A DNA stretch of 60,169 nt, filler included, from Porpidia crustulata (lineage: Eukaryota): assembly GCA_964255105.1 (NCBI GenBank). It is 7 parts of 7 records of this genome, joined end to end, with 100 filler letters (N's around TTAATTAATTAA, not from the genome) between each part and the next. Parts side by side here need not be neighbours in the genome. Positions count along the whole stretch, not along the records: positions 43,127 to 51,598 come from CAXUWE010001106.1; positions 51,699 to 60,169 come from CAXUWE010001107.1; 5 more parts are not named here. One strand, written 5' to 3'. Every line of letters begins with the position of its first letter. Positions within the stretch are counted from its first letter, which is position 1. Positions 48,518 through 60,169 of the stretch are shown in pieces. Under the pieces are notes generated by a model, which saw only the letters and a program-made list of their open reading frames with translations, did no database searches and was not told where the DNA came from. The position numbers were made by a program, and so were the translations under genes.

Positions 48518-48724
48518 GTCATCGGCGAGGAAGCGAGGCATTCGGTCTTTGAGAGTGAACTTTCTGTCTAGGTCGCGAAAGCAAATGCAATTACCACCCT
48601 TCAAGCCGTCCCCTTTATGTGCTCATAGAGAACGATGTGGTCAAATGGGACTTTTTTGGCAACGTTGCACCCATATCTACTTTCGGTAGGCGATAGACAA
48701 ATCACCAATTCCCACAGAAATCTT

Positions 48725-49237
48725 TTTGACAGCCGAAGCGATCATGGGACTTCCAGCTGTGTTATTTGTTTCGAAAAATCATGCAAGCAATCATAGCCGT
48801 TTATATGGAGCAGCCAATTCAGGCTTCCTCTGTACTGCGCCTCCTAATGGGAGCCAGAACAGGCTCGTTACTACCCCTTGGCTCCCTTTACTGGCTATTC
48901 ATTTCTCTCTTACTTGCTCCCCTTATGCTTCCCCAAGTACTTTTTCATTATACTTTGTTGCGCTCTTTTACCCCCTTTCCTGATTTGAAACGTTCACCCT
49001 TAATCCTAAGTTCAAAGTTTATATATATATATATTATATGCACCCCGAACTTAGGATTTACGATCACCATTCCGGGTCGGGGAAGGGAGCGGGGCCGCTT
49101 TCGAGGGAGCAACGAGGGAGTAAGGGGGAGCACTGTAGGGCAGTGCTAGGCGGTGCAGGGGCGAAGCTGGTGGGAGCTTGACATGGCTTCTTCCCTGTCG
49201 GCTTAAGCTGCCCTTGTTATTTTTCTGCTGCCTAGAC
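48725..49237. repeat. Two head-to-head copies (B on minus, C on plus) of the dispersed GGGAGCA repeat sharing a central (TA)n tract
   Basis: cagccaattcagg...ctttcctgattt...cctaagttc | tatatatatat | caccccgaacttaggattt...gggagca...ctgctgcctag. Confidence 0.65.
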
Positions 49238-49585
49238 TTCGTCACTTCCTACAGGATTCCTTGCTGTATTCTAGAGACTTGTGTTCCCTTGTGAAGTGAT
49301 TGACAAAAAACTGCAATGATACTTCGTGTCGAGCAAGTTTCAAAACGGCAATATTCTTTCGACTGTTGAACGTGCAGAGGTCGGAAGAGACTTTAAGCAT
49401 GTTTCGAATTTACGCAAGATATAGAGAGAGAGAGGCCAATTCAAGAGGAGCAAGGATCGCAATGCTGCGTATTCAAGCACACAATCTGATCCGAAACTAG
49501 ATTGCACAAGATGAACGAGAGATTTCATTATCTTTGAATGATGCTTGCATGGACTTCGAGAGTATTCGGGAGCAAGGGGGCTTGA

Positions 49586-50605
49586 GTGACTTCATGTATA
49601 ATTAAGCTGCGGCTGCGGGATACTTCCGCCGGTTCAATTTCCGACAATCCCTATCTTATGCTGGCGTGGAATGCCGCATGCCGGGACTACTCTCGGCGCA
49701 AGCTCATATACCAGACTGACAAGCTTCCCGCGCTCTCGGGTCTTGCTCGCCACTTTGGGTCCCGGTGCCGGGAGGATACGTATGTCGCCGGCGAGTGGCT
49801 CTCACAGCTGCCGCGCGCTCTGTTTTGGAATGTACCCGCAAGAGAGCGACCCGAGGTCCGCCCGCCGCCCACCGAATCCGGTGCGCCATCGTGGTCGTGA
49901 ATGTCGTGCGCTGCCCCTGTGGAACCCTCCAAAGTGGAAGACTCGTATTATGTCGCCGACGTGGCCACGATCCTGGCCGACGATCAACACAAAACGGCCG
50001 GTCAGTACGGCGAGATGGCAAGGGTTTGCATTCACGTGTGCGGCTTCGTGCGCTGTATCATCTCGGTCATGAAGCAAATAATCAACGAGCCCGACGGTGA
50101 CGTCTACAGGAGTCTCTCGCAGCTCGACGTATCGAGGAGGTACCGTCATCTTTACGTGAACGGGCAGCTGGACCGCGATATCGGCTATGGGGCGCACGGC
50201 TTCGAGGACTTTGGCGAAATGCCCGACTGGTTCCACGGCTTCGTGCCAGTCGAGTACTACTGCCTGTTCCTGACCGTGTCGCAGGAGGGCGCTCGGGACG
50301 ACCGCGTGCTGCGGGGCCTGCTGCTCGAGTCCGCAGGGGAGGAAGGCACTTTCCGGCGTGTAAAACATATCTTCTCCCACGGCCGGTGCGCGCTGAAAAT
50401 GGGGTATCAACTGCAACCGGACGAGATGGACAAGCACGGTGCCTGGGAACGGCTTCGGGAACTCGTGGCGCCGTACTGGGAGGAGGTCGAAACGGATGTT
50501 GAGATGGCTCGAAGGCCGACGGGGCCGGTGCCTGAGTTTGACGGCCACGCGGCGGATGACGCTAGCTTCTTGAAGCTGGAGCCACGAGTAATTACCCTAG
50601 TATAA
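49586..50605 (+). pseudogene. C-terminal half of a HET-domain protein with an in-frame stop; HET domain itself absent
   Basis: YSRRKL..DKLPALSGLA..YVAGEW..LFW..APSWS* with TGA at 49898-49900 replacing the conserved W of APSWSW; continues in frame to GLLLE..FRRV. Confidence 0.78.
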
Positions 50606-51442
50606 GCGGTTCGTCGAGCGACTTGGATTCCTGGTAGCCATTTCTCATGTTCTCCATACCTACCGAAGGCTCACCGCAGTGACGTCTTATGCCGCGTGAT
50701 TTTTCACGCCAGATTACTTCCGTTGTAGGGAATCAACAGGTATAACCCTCTAGCGCAATGAGCAAGCTATAACAGAGATCACATCCCGTATGGTAGAGCT
50801 GCCGTAAGTGCGTCATGGCAGCTATGAGACCACATTAATGTTCAGCATTGGAACTGGTAGCCAGGACGTCTCCGTCAGAGCGACGCCAATCTCCTTGGCC
50901 TGGACTCTTCACGACTAGTCCCCATGCTATCCAAGCACGCGAGCGAGCTTAGCACGTCAAAGGCTATCTAGTATCGCCATTGTGAATTTTGGGGGCCTTG
51001 GTGTCATGAATGCAGTCATTGAATATCCCGCGCCTCGGGCCAACAGGATGGGGCGCGGGACCCAGTTCACTGCAGTGAGCAGAAACGGACGAGGCTCTCA
51101 TCATGCACGGCGTAGGCTGACTGGTGGCTTCGCGGTATGATGATGCATAAACCTTTGCCGGGAGCTATCGACGACTTCAAGAACATTCTCAGCGATAAAT
51201 AACGGAGCGAGCTGCATGGAACCACAGCCGTTCCCGGACCCCACGCCATACTTGTCTTCATCGTCCAGCTAGATGCGACTCATAGAATTAAAAAAGGAAA
51301 AGTATCGCTAGCAGGCTCTACTTCATCTTACTATCAGTTTTGGATTTTTGTAGCATCATTAATGTCTTCGTATTATCTCATTCGGAAATTGTCGTTCTGA
51401 TTCGAGCAGCGTTAGTGCAACGATGGTTTCTTTATCAACAAA

Positions 51443-51553
51443 TACTCGTTTCCACCCCTCATCGGCCCAGTACGCCTAGGGTTAGGGCGCTGAAAATTTA
51501 CAGCCCTAACCCTAGGTGTAGTGGGCCGATGCGATGAGGGGTGGAAACGAGTA
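51443..51553. mobile_element. Fold-back MITE, TA-flanked, with inverted telomere-like motifs
   Basis: tactcgtttccacccctcatcggccca..cctagggttaggg / ccctaaccctagg..tgggccgatg..gatgaggggtggaaacgagta; almost the whole element is a hairpin. Confidence 0.88.
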
Positions 51554-51598
51554 ATATATTCAGAGATTAAACAGCAACTTCTTGCTACTAGATTATGA

Positions 51599-51698
51599 NN
51601 NNNNNNNNNNNNNNNNNNNNNNNNNNNNNNNNNNNNNNNNNNTTAATTAATTAANNNNNNNNNNNNNNNNNNNNNNNNNNNNNNNNNNNNNNNNNNNN
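51599..51698. other. Artificial contig spacer
   Basis: N44-TTAATTAATTAA-N44. Confidence 0.98.
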
Positions 51699-52280
51699 AT
51701 ACCCCCCCTATCCCTCTACCTTCCCTAATCTTCTTACGTCTTCCCTGTCCTCTCTACTCCACCTCTACTTCCTGTTCTCCTTGTTTCGCTGCTTGCTCAT
51801 GCTGCACCTCTTCTGCTTGCGCCCGCGGTAGAATATGTTCAAATTGAGAAGCAATTTGATAAGAGAGAGGTTTGTAACCCTAGTACTAGGTCTTATTACG
51901 GAGGCGCTAAACCCCATATGGGGGGGTGTACGAGCATGCAAAAGGGGATGTACGATTAGTATTTCCCTAACACTGAGATTAATTTCTTAGTGAGTCGATT
52001 TAGAATTGCTTTTACTATTGACAACGCACGAACAACAGATATGAAATACAACATAGTACAAAGTCATAATGAATTCATCAGAAGAGATTCCGTGTACAAA
52101 AGTTAAAAGTTAATCGATCGTTGTTGCAAAAGAATACTCTTTACCATGACGTTAACACTGGATGGTGTCAACTATATCAACCTTCAACATCCCGCAGTCC
52201 TCTGTACATCCGTCTAAACCCATGCAGAACCTCTAGTGAAATCGTATGCACTAGTGCCATTTACCGAATCTTTGCTGAGA

Positions 52281-53370
52281 ATGCCAGTCTTTCTACAGCA
52301 AAGTGAAGCAGGAAACATATCATTCAAGACCTGCGACACCGTATCATAGACGTTAAATGTTGAAAGATATTCGTGCGAAATGAGAAGATTTAGAACGTCT
52401 GCAGTAAAGTCGTCTACTTCCGAATGCTCGATTTCTTATCGATTCCTCGACTCAATTATTTCAATGATCTCGTCTGTCAAGTCAAATCATCGCAGCAAGA
52501 AATCGATATTCCATCGCTGAGCCTTTCGCGCTGCAAAGGGTCAGATTGAGGATTTCCAATGAGGCAAATGACTACATCAATGATTCGCCAATCCAGCTTG
52601 GTACAACGAGGTACATTGCGGCACAAGGGCTGAAATCTACAACTGTCAACCACTTCTACCGAATGCTAGCCACGGAAGCTCGAAGCTCAGTCATTGTTGT
52701 AATGCTCACGCGGACACACGAAAATGGGAGTGAGAAGTGCTTCCCTTACTTCCCAGCCACGGAATTAGAGTCTCCAGTAGCTATACCAGTGGACAAGGAA
52801 TTCCAAGATGGTTTCCAAGGTTCGGTAATCTTAAAAGACCTCGTCAATGACTCTTCAACTCAGAGCCAGATCAGGCGTCTATGTCTGCGAGCATCTTGGG
52901 ACAGTGTCACCTTTCGGGAGCTAGAGATCGTCCACTTGCTCTTTGAAGCGTGGCCGGACCACTCCGCGCCTGACGGACAGTCTCAAGAGGCGCTTGTGCG
53001 ACTAATTAAATCATCTGCTTCTTGGAACTCAATGTGCTTAGGTGGCGGTAGCCTTTCGGAAGGTGGTGGCGGTCGCATCGCACCATCATGCGAATGGGAT
53101 GACTTTGAGGCGCCTCAAAATCCTGTCATCGTCCACTGTTCAGCTGGATGTGGTAGAACTGGAACTTTTATAGCATTGGATTATTTGCTCTCGCTCGTGG
53201 ATGCAGGCAAGCTAGATGATCTTCCGCGAGACAAAGATCCCGTAGCCGAAATCGTTGGCGACCTCAGGAGGCAACGTATGGCGATGGTCTGGAAGGAGCA
53301 GCAGTTTCATTTTATCTACGATGTCTTGCGAGAGCAGATGGAAGCACGGCAGCAGCAACGACAAGCCTGA
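52281..53370 (+). pseudogene. Classical protein tyrosine phosphatase (Ptp1-like), disrupted 5' part, intact catalytic domain
   Basis: RNRY, DYIN, YIAAQG, KCFPYF, WPDH, VHCSAGCGRTG, QR..MV..Q; in-frame stops at 52381, 52405 and 52465 upstream. Confidence 0.75.
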
Positions 53371-53599
53371 AGGCATGGCAGCCGGTTTGCCGCTTGAAGG
53401 CAAGGGTGGTTGTCTGCATTCCTAGCGAATGGACATACTTCAAGATTTGCTTCTGAAATGCCGCCTAGCTGCTTCCATTTGGCCATCCATATGCTGATCA
53501 GGACCGCTATTACAGACGTGTCGTGCTTGGATAGTCGCCCGACGTACATGAGACAACATGATACGACTTCTTGCATTTTGAGTCAGTCCGATACGTGGC

Positions 53600-53890
53600 G
53601 TTCAGCCTTGAGTATAGACGCAGGTTACCTCCGTTGGCGACAAAAATCTCGCGGCAGGTATCAGCAAGTTCGACGCGGCGCTGCCGGGCGTGGTGGAGGA
53701 GACGGAACCGGACGCGAAGATCATGATTAAAGATTTTCAGGGGTGGTTGGTGGAGTGGAAGGATTATGATAATGATAGGGAGGGGCCGAACGATACGCGG
53801 TGTATCAAGCTCGCGGGCGTGTGGTTCGATGCGCTGGCGGATGCGGCGGGGAAGGGGTAGTTACAGGAGATTGTCGGAGAAGATGTTTGA
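53600..53890 (+). pseudogene. Remnant of an SGNH/GDSL (CE3-like) esterase C-terminus
   Basis: FDAALPGVV..PNDTRCIKLAGVWFDALADAAGKG*L resembles the terminal HPND.GY.K.A..W..A...A..KGW helix; catalytic His not present, TAG in place of W. Confidence 0.45.
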
Positions 53891-54876
53891 GGGGGTTGGG
53901 GTGAAGAGCATTGGGAAAGGGCTTTGAAATTGGGGCCGACGGTCAATGGCTTGGAGTTTATAGTGACACTGTAAGGGAGGTTCTGGACCGAGGTATCCGT
54001 GTGAGAGGTATAGGAAGCGTTTTTAGGCACGAAGCTGGAAACGACTGGGTATTTGGTATTCCGGTAGAGTTTGTTCCTCGAATTCTTACAGGTAGGAGTG
54101 GTGAGTTACTTCTTTTCTTGATTATATCATGTTTGATCATACATTTTACTGTTCGTATGCTCCCATATTCGATGGCGACATATCATGACGCAAGTTCAAT
54201 CAGTCCTATATCTATGTCCTGGATTCGGTATCATGATGCTGCAACTGCGTGTCAAGACTAGTCTAGTATCAGGGGCTCATCAGACTGTGGGCTTTCTCTG
54301 TAGAGCATAAGATGATCAACGAGAGCGTAAGAGAGAGAACAGTAGTCTCGATCACTACTATAGCTCAATAGCTATCACTAGTACGCTAGTAACGAGTGAG
54401 TAAGTGAACCCGTAGGATTGAACACGATGCCGCATAAAAGCGTCGTCTTCGTTCCTTATCATCTCCCATAATGCTCAAGACACCCAAGTCTCAATTTCCC
54501 ATCATGAACTTCCCTTGAAACTTTCTGCTTACACCTGAAACTGATCGGTCAATTTACTAGGGTGTGTCAAAACCAAAAGTCAGCCCTATCGACATATCTC
54601 CAGCCAAAACATTTAATTCAAGTAGTTGGGAATTTTTTCAAGTTTCCCACCACTTGCAACCACCCTATGGTGGAAATACGGACGCGCAAGTGAGGGGTAT
54701 TTTCATGGCGCTGTGATCAGCGATGTTGGAATTTGGTGGTAAATCTATCAAATCGGATTTTATGATAATGGCTTCATGTAATTAGCAGAATTCGATGTTG
54801 TGGTGGGGCTGGAGATGCCATGCCCTGGTGGTGGTAGGGCTGACACCATTGACTTTTAGCACCCCCTTGTGATTGA

Positions 54877-55085
54877 ATATCGGAACTTCAGAATTAATCA
54901 TTGTCGTTTTCGATCGAGAAAGGACGCACGGCCGCTTTTTGGGGAATGCAACGTGGGGAACTTTGAGGGAGCACCGAGGGAGCAAAGAGGAGCATGTTGC
55001 CAGCTTTGATTATTGTCCGCATTATCTAAAATAAACATTTGTGAGCTGTTACTCTACCCGGGCAGTTCAGCCTCCTGCTGCCTAG
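54877..55085 (+). repeat. Dispersed GGGAGCA repeat, copy D (decayed)
   Basis: gaactt head, ggccgcttt, gggagcaccgagggagca, end cagcctcctgctgcctag matching copy A. Confidence 0.6.
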
Positions 55086-56198
55086 CCTTAGCCCCGCACC
55101 AGTGGTTTTGCAGTTGATTTTCTGTCAAGCTGTCAGCAGCAGCAACACCCATTATCTACGACTGCTTGATTTCTGGCCAAGCACACTGGTGACTGATCCC
55201 TGATACACCTTATTCGGATAAAAATCCGCACATCACAGACAAGTCAGCAGATCAGCCATAAGCATGCATGTATAAAGATTATTCATTATTCCTTGCCGTT
55301 TCCTTCTTTTCCCTTCATATTTCCTTTATCATTTCTTTGCTTTTCTTTCCACCCACCCACCTCATAGCTGTTTCTTTCAGTCATGTCATTGTTGATAACG
55401 CTGCCACAAATCATGCACAAGGCATTTTGCCTGATCACAAATCCCTGAACCTGCATCCTTTGACTTTCCGGATCAGATGCATGGTGTTTAGTGATGCCTT
55501 ATTCACCCTCGTACTCCCACATGTGTGCCTTTGCCGTGTTGACGTGAAAATTCCACCTAAACAGTGATTGGATGATCCAGCACCACAGGGTCGCAGCTCT
55601 TATCCATTATTGAAGCCTCAATTTTGATCCTTGGAGGCATCCACATCCGTCATGCCACATCAGCTATACCGTGCCCCATGAGAAGGTATCTTGTTTAAAG
55701 GTGATATTTTTGTGAAAAAGGCAAGCCTGTTTCACCTGGGCATACGTGTTGAAGCGTTCATCTCATTACCAGAGGTGAAATAGTTCAAATGATTTTCAAA
55801 CCTTGATATAGACTGGGACCAGTAGACATCTCTATGCCGTTGCAGTGGCATGTCCGAAGAAATACAATATGCTGATTCTTACCCTTTCTGGTAAATCCAA
55901 AAATGTCGTGCCTTAGTGCGATAAAGCTGGAGCGCAAAGTGAAAGCCGATAGTGGCGCAGCTTTAATAGGGATTCATTGGGGGTGAAAATGGGCGTTGCA
56001 CGGCGCTTGATCAGTGATTACCAACTAGGTCAAACGGTACAACAGTGCCAGCTGTTTGAGTGTTGGTAGAATTGAAATGAAAGATTACCGAGAAACTGGG
56101 CTCAATATACTTCAATACGGCACACCTTCCCCAACCATCTCACAGGGGTGAAGTTATCTTACTAAACACCCTGGTAGAACCATAACAATTATGCTCTC

Positions 56199-56912
56199 CT
56201 ATACACTCAAAATGACTTCCAAAAATGCCAAAACAGCATAGACCCCTATCATCACAGAAACATCCGTGATCTGATCCGCTACTGGGTACTTGCTGCCCTT
56301 TCGTGCACCAGTCCCCTCTTTGGTTTCCTCGGCAATCTTGACTCCGTTTGTGACTGCAAACGCAATCCACATCGCTAGATTTAGATATACCCAGCCGTAT
56401 ATCCTACCTTGCAGCCCCTTTGAATAGCGCACAGCTGCAGCCGTAACAAGGGCGATCAATGTGAAGGGTAGAAGGCCGACATCTAGATCCGTAAGGGACA
56501 GACGTACGATCTCGAGGATACACATCAGGATCTGTGCCAGTACGAGGAGATAGAAGAGAATCGAAAGTGCCTTGCGAATCTTTGTGCATCGACGAGTCTG
56601 GTCTCCCGTCCCCAGCTGATTGATCTCGATCTCGATCTCTCGAGTAGTTTTGCTACCACGAGATCGACTGCCGAGGATAGCATTTGAGGATTTAGAAGGG
56701 GACAGTCTTGTGCCTGCGATTGTAAGGACACCGAGTGCTGTTAGGTATAGCCAGGTGCAGAGAGGGATGAGGATGGTGTCAAGGAAGCAGGAGGTAACGA
56801 TGTGACTGTAGAGGTGAGAGTGCGGTCCCTGTCAAAGATTAGCAAGATGCTCGATCTCAATTTCGCGAGCTTCGCATACGAAACCTTCTGGTCGATTGGC
56901 ACAAAGCATCAT
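56199..56912 (-). CDS. Multi-pass membrane protein, two exons, N-terminus resembling an ABCC TMD0 start
   Basis: MMLCANRPEGF|GPHSHLYSHIVTSCFLDTILIPL.. continues in frame into ORF 56199-56525; intron gtatgc..gctaat..acag. Confidence 0.72.
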
Positions 56913-58066
56913 GAAAATCAAGTTATGATCTCTACAGTATACTCGGCAGGCAATGTCGCTGCAAGTTGCTCAAGCTCGATTTGATAGTTCTGAGGGACAA
57001 ACCCATTCATATGAAAGTTATCATCAGCATTGTTCTATGCCGCTGAGACATTCTGGCTGGAACTGAGCCGGTCAAATCATTCAATGCCATGCAATGCAGA
57101 GAATCACATGGCTGTTATTGGACTAGAGTGTCTATCAATTGCTGGAAACAGTTGCAGATCATCATCGCATGCCCAACTCGGGTTTCAGGCAACCGGATAT
57201 TGTCGATCCCGTCTCGCTAGTCTCGAAGAAGAGATCGTTGCGTCCCGTGCCGTTAGAGTGTTATGAGCGCTTAGCCTTTTTAGACTGACATACTGATTCC
57301 CGCTCGCTAGGCTTCTTCGAGTTAACACCTTCTGCTTGTCAAAAATCCATCTTTGAAAAACATATTAATAATCATCGCGCATGCGAGATATTATTAAGGA
57401 TTGAAAAGGCAATTCGGTCTTTTCTTGGATGGTGTCAATCAATAATGCGTAATATTGCTCTTAATGGTCTGGAGACATGCTAAGACGCCGCTGTGGTTTT
57501 TCAAGTACATCGGATGTTATGCGCTGTGCCATATTGTGAGACATGCGTCCATCTGGATTGGTTTTCTCTGGAAGCGATCGACTTCCCTCTCCATCCTCCT
57601 GCACGCATCCCACCACATCAGGCTGGCTCCAGATACTGCCATTCTTGCATATTACAGGACCGGGTTGCAGCTCCACGATTGCAAGCCCAATGAAGCCTTC
57701 GAACGATGCAAGAGATAATCCCCGCCGCTGGCTTGCAGGCAAGACTATCCTCTCGAGATACATCCGTGGTCTACGAGCGAAAAGGGAAACGCAGAGCCTG
57801 ACAAACACTGACACATAGGTCGATCATTGTCCTGACAAAGCAATATATTCTCACGATGCCTCTCAGCTATATGGTTACACAACATCCGAAGCTGAATAAA
57901 GGTTTCCACCTCAGTTTTTCGAGTCGTCAGGGCCAATGTGCGCAAAAATTTGCCTTCATCATGTGTCAGCGTCAAATGTGACACAGTCCCTCGACCTCAA
58001 ATATTTGTCTTTGGAGTGTAGCTGGTCTGAACTCTTTCATCGTCAGAACCGGTCAACGTATTGAGA

Positions 58067-59377
58067 ATGGCAGCTCCATCACATACACAGGACAGCAATC
58101 TTCGAAGCATGAATGTCTCATCGATTTCCTTGGTAACCTTTGCAATCGGTGCTAATCTTGTCTTTTTGCGCATGTACGTTCGCATGAAACGCCACATCAC
58201 TGGATGGGATGACTATACCATTTGTGTTGCTTTGGTAAATTCAATCGTCTATTCTCCCGCCATAGAAAGCTAGCCTTTACTGACCAGGTCAGGCACTTTC
58301 TCTTTTAGGAACGGTGGCCAACGTTTACCAAGTTGCGAACGGCGCTGGCAGGCATATGAAAACTTTGACACCCGCACAGCTGTCCGAGCTCATCAAGTGG
58401 ACCTTTATTCAGGGGGTTGGATTCGTCATCGGCACTTGCTTTGTTAAGATCTCTGTGTGTCTCTTCATTCTGCGCTTCATTAACAGGACTCGATGGGTTC
58501 TGCGCTACCTCATCCATGTTCTTATGGGGTTCTTGATCGTCTCGACCCTTAGTCTGGTCATCGCCCTGTTGGCTCAGTGCAGACCACTAAAAGCTCTTTA
58601 TGTCTTCAATATTAAGGGAAAGTGCTATTCGAAAAATGTTTTAATGGCTGTTGCATACGTGCAGGCCGGTAGATGCTCTCTCTCTCCATACCAAGTGTGA
58701 CATTTTTGACAATAATTCAGCTATCAACGTATTCACAGACTTCACTTGCGCCGGCTTACCTTTCTTCATTATACGAAAGCTCCAGATGAAGAGATCGTTA
58801 AAAGTAGGACTCTCGATAATCATGGGACTCGGAGTTTTGTAAGCTCCTGACCCTTTGATTGAGAATAGGTAAGCTACGGCGACGCTTATGTTGCTGACTT
58901 GCTTTGATCAAGTACCGCATCTTTCTCGGTCCTCCGAATTGGATTTTTATACACCAACAACTCCAAGGATGTCACTTGTAAGTCCTTGCAAACAACGCAT
59001 TTGCGAAGATAGGCTCTGACGGTTATTTCAGATGATATTTTAGCCAACGCCATGTTCGCCGTGTGAGTACTTGCAGGAGCACATTTATGTGTCGTTGCGG
59101 CTCAAATAAAGACAGACTCGAGATGAATCTTGGAATCATCGCTGCCTCTATCGCTACCATACGGCCCTTATTCGTCAACTTAGGATCCATGGTCCGAGTT
59201 GCTTCCGACCCTACTCGGGAGCCATATGACTCGGATCGACCTTTTTTCAGGGACCCGAAAGCGTCAAAGGCTAGTACAAAGCTCAGAGGCATTCTGTTGA
59301 ATCCCACGGGTATCACGAAGACGACCGACGTTGAAGTCTCACAGGAAATCCGACAAGCGTCGGGAGAACGAGTGTAG
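58067..59377 (+). CDS. PTH11-like fungal rhodopsin-domain integral membrane protein, multi-exon
   Basis: LRMYVR..GWDDY, GAGRH, VKISVCLFILR, QCRPL, INVFTDF..LP, LEMNLGIIAASIATIRPLF. Confidence 0.88.
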
Positions 59378-60169
59378 TGATTGAGAGAGTCACGGAATGC
59401 TCTTGTGGTTACAGAACGCAGTTGTCGCCGTTTCAGTCTAAAGATGCGCAATAGAAATCTAACTTCTGAGCATCACCCTCGCACAGAAGAACACCTCTTC
59501 GCTTTAGGGATAACGAAGAGACCAAAAGACCATCTCAGACTTCTCGGCCGCAAGAGTGTTTATTTTGCTCAACATCGTCCATTAGAGGACTTGTAAGCAA
59601 GATATTTCCTTTTCGGTTATTATTTTGCAAGAGAAGAGGCGCGACATTGCTTCTCAAATACGTAGAATACAGTTATATTCCAAATTCCTCCACCGCTCTC
59701 AGAAAACCTTCGTCGGTCTCCCATCAAGAAACATCAGGATCCAATTTCTGCGCCTCGGATCTTGCAGTTGTATAAACTTTGTTTGTCACGAGTCACGAAA
59801 GCACAACGTCCCAGTCGAAGCGTCAATCTCAAGCCCTGATATCACGCTTACGAAAAAAAAATTGGCTTAATCGCGCCGGTGGCGCATCGAGTGATTGAAA
59901 CGCGAAACGCGAGCTGAAAACGCAGTGCGTTGATAGAGGTAAGGAAAAGACTTCAGCAGGCAACGACTCCATGCGTAATACTTTACATGACTTCTTTCCG
60001 CACATACTAGATCCCGCTCCATTGGACTTTTGGTACGCGCTTTCTTATCTATTTGACATTTTGTCAGCTTTCCATTTCTATGTAGACGAATTCCTTTATC
60101 ACCGATTTCCAGGAGCCATAGAACTTCATCGAATTTCGGCGTGCTTTTTCAGTGGGCATCTAGCAGGGG

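Noticed and set aside
49802..50548. 248-aa antisense ORF
   Set aside because: Shadow of the GC-rich plus-strand HET-associated frame
51699..51961. Possible DNA transposon end (doubled gggg.tgtacga before TA)
   Set aside because: Only one end is visible and there is no coding evidence; too weak to call

Overview
Fungal (Pezizomycotina-type, intron-containing) genomic DNA. It is not one locus: seven unrelated contigs of about 8.5 kb, in decreasing length order, are joined by artificial 100-nt spacers (44 N + TTAATTAATTAA + 44 N), so adjacency across a spacer means nothing. The highlight is in contig 3 (17279-25804), a candidate dikaritin-type fungal RiPP cluster. A 100-aa two-exon precursor (signal peptide plus four KR-delimited 16-aa repeats, A[ED]DxxMxLYEHDKAKR) is flanked by two DUF3328/UstYa-type oxidase genes carrying HxxHC motifs. 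The cluster is cut by the contig end, and the core matches none of the characterised dikaritin cores I know. Other content: conserved genes (Qcr10, Rsc9, Yrb30-like, AmdX-like C2H2 TF, DUF2433 phosphoesterase, transglutaminase-like protein, Nudix hydrolase, PTH11-like membrane protein); accessory genes (HeLo-like/ankyrin protein, 2EXR protein, Cys-free small secreted protein, zinc-knuckle protein, divergent Zn2Cys6 TF + secreted alpha/beta hydrolase pair); several probable pseudogenes (kinase, PTP, HET-associated, SGNH esterase); and two families of small dispersed repeats shared between contigs. All calls are from reading the sequence and motif recognition; no database searches were run.
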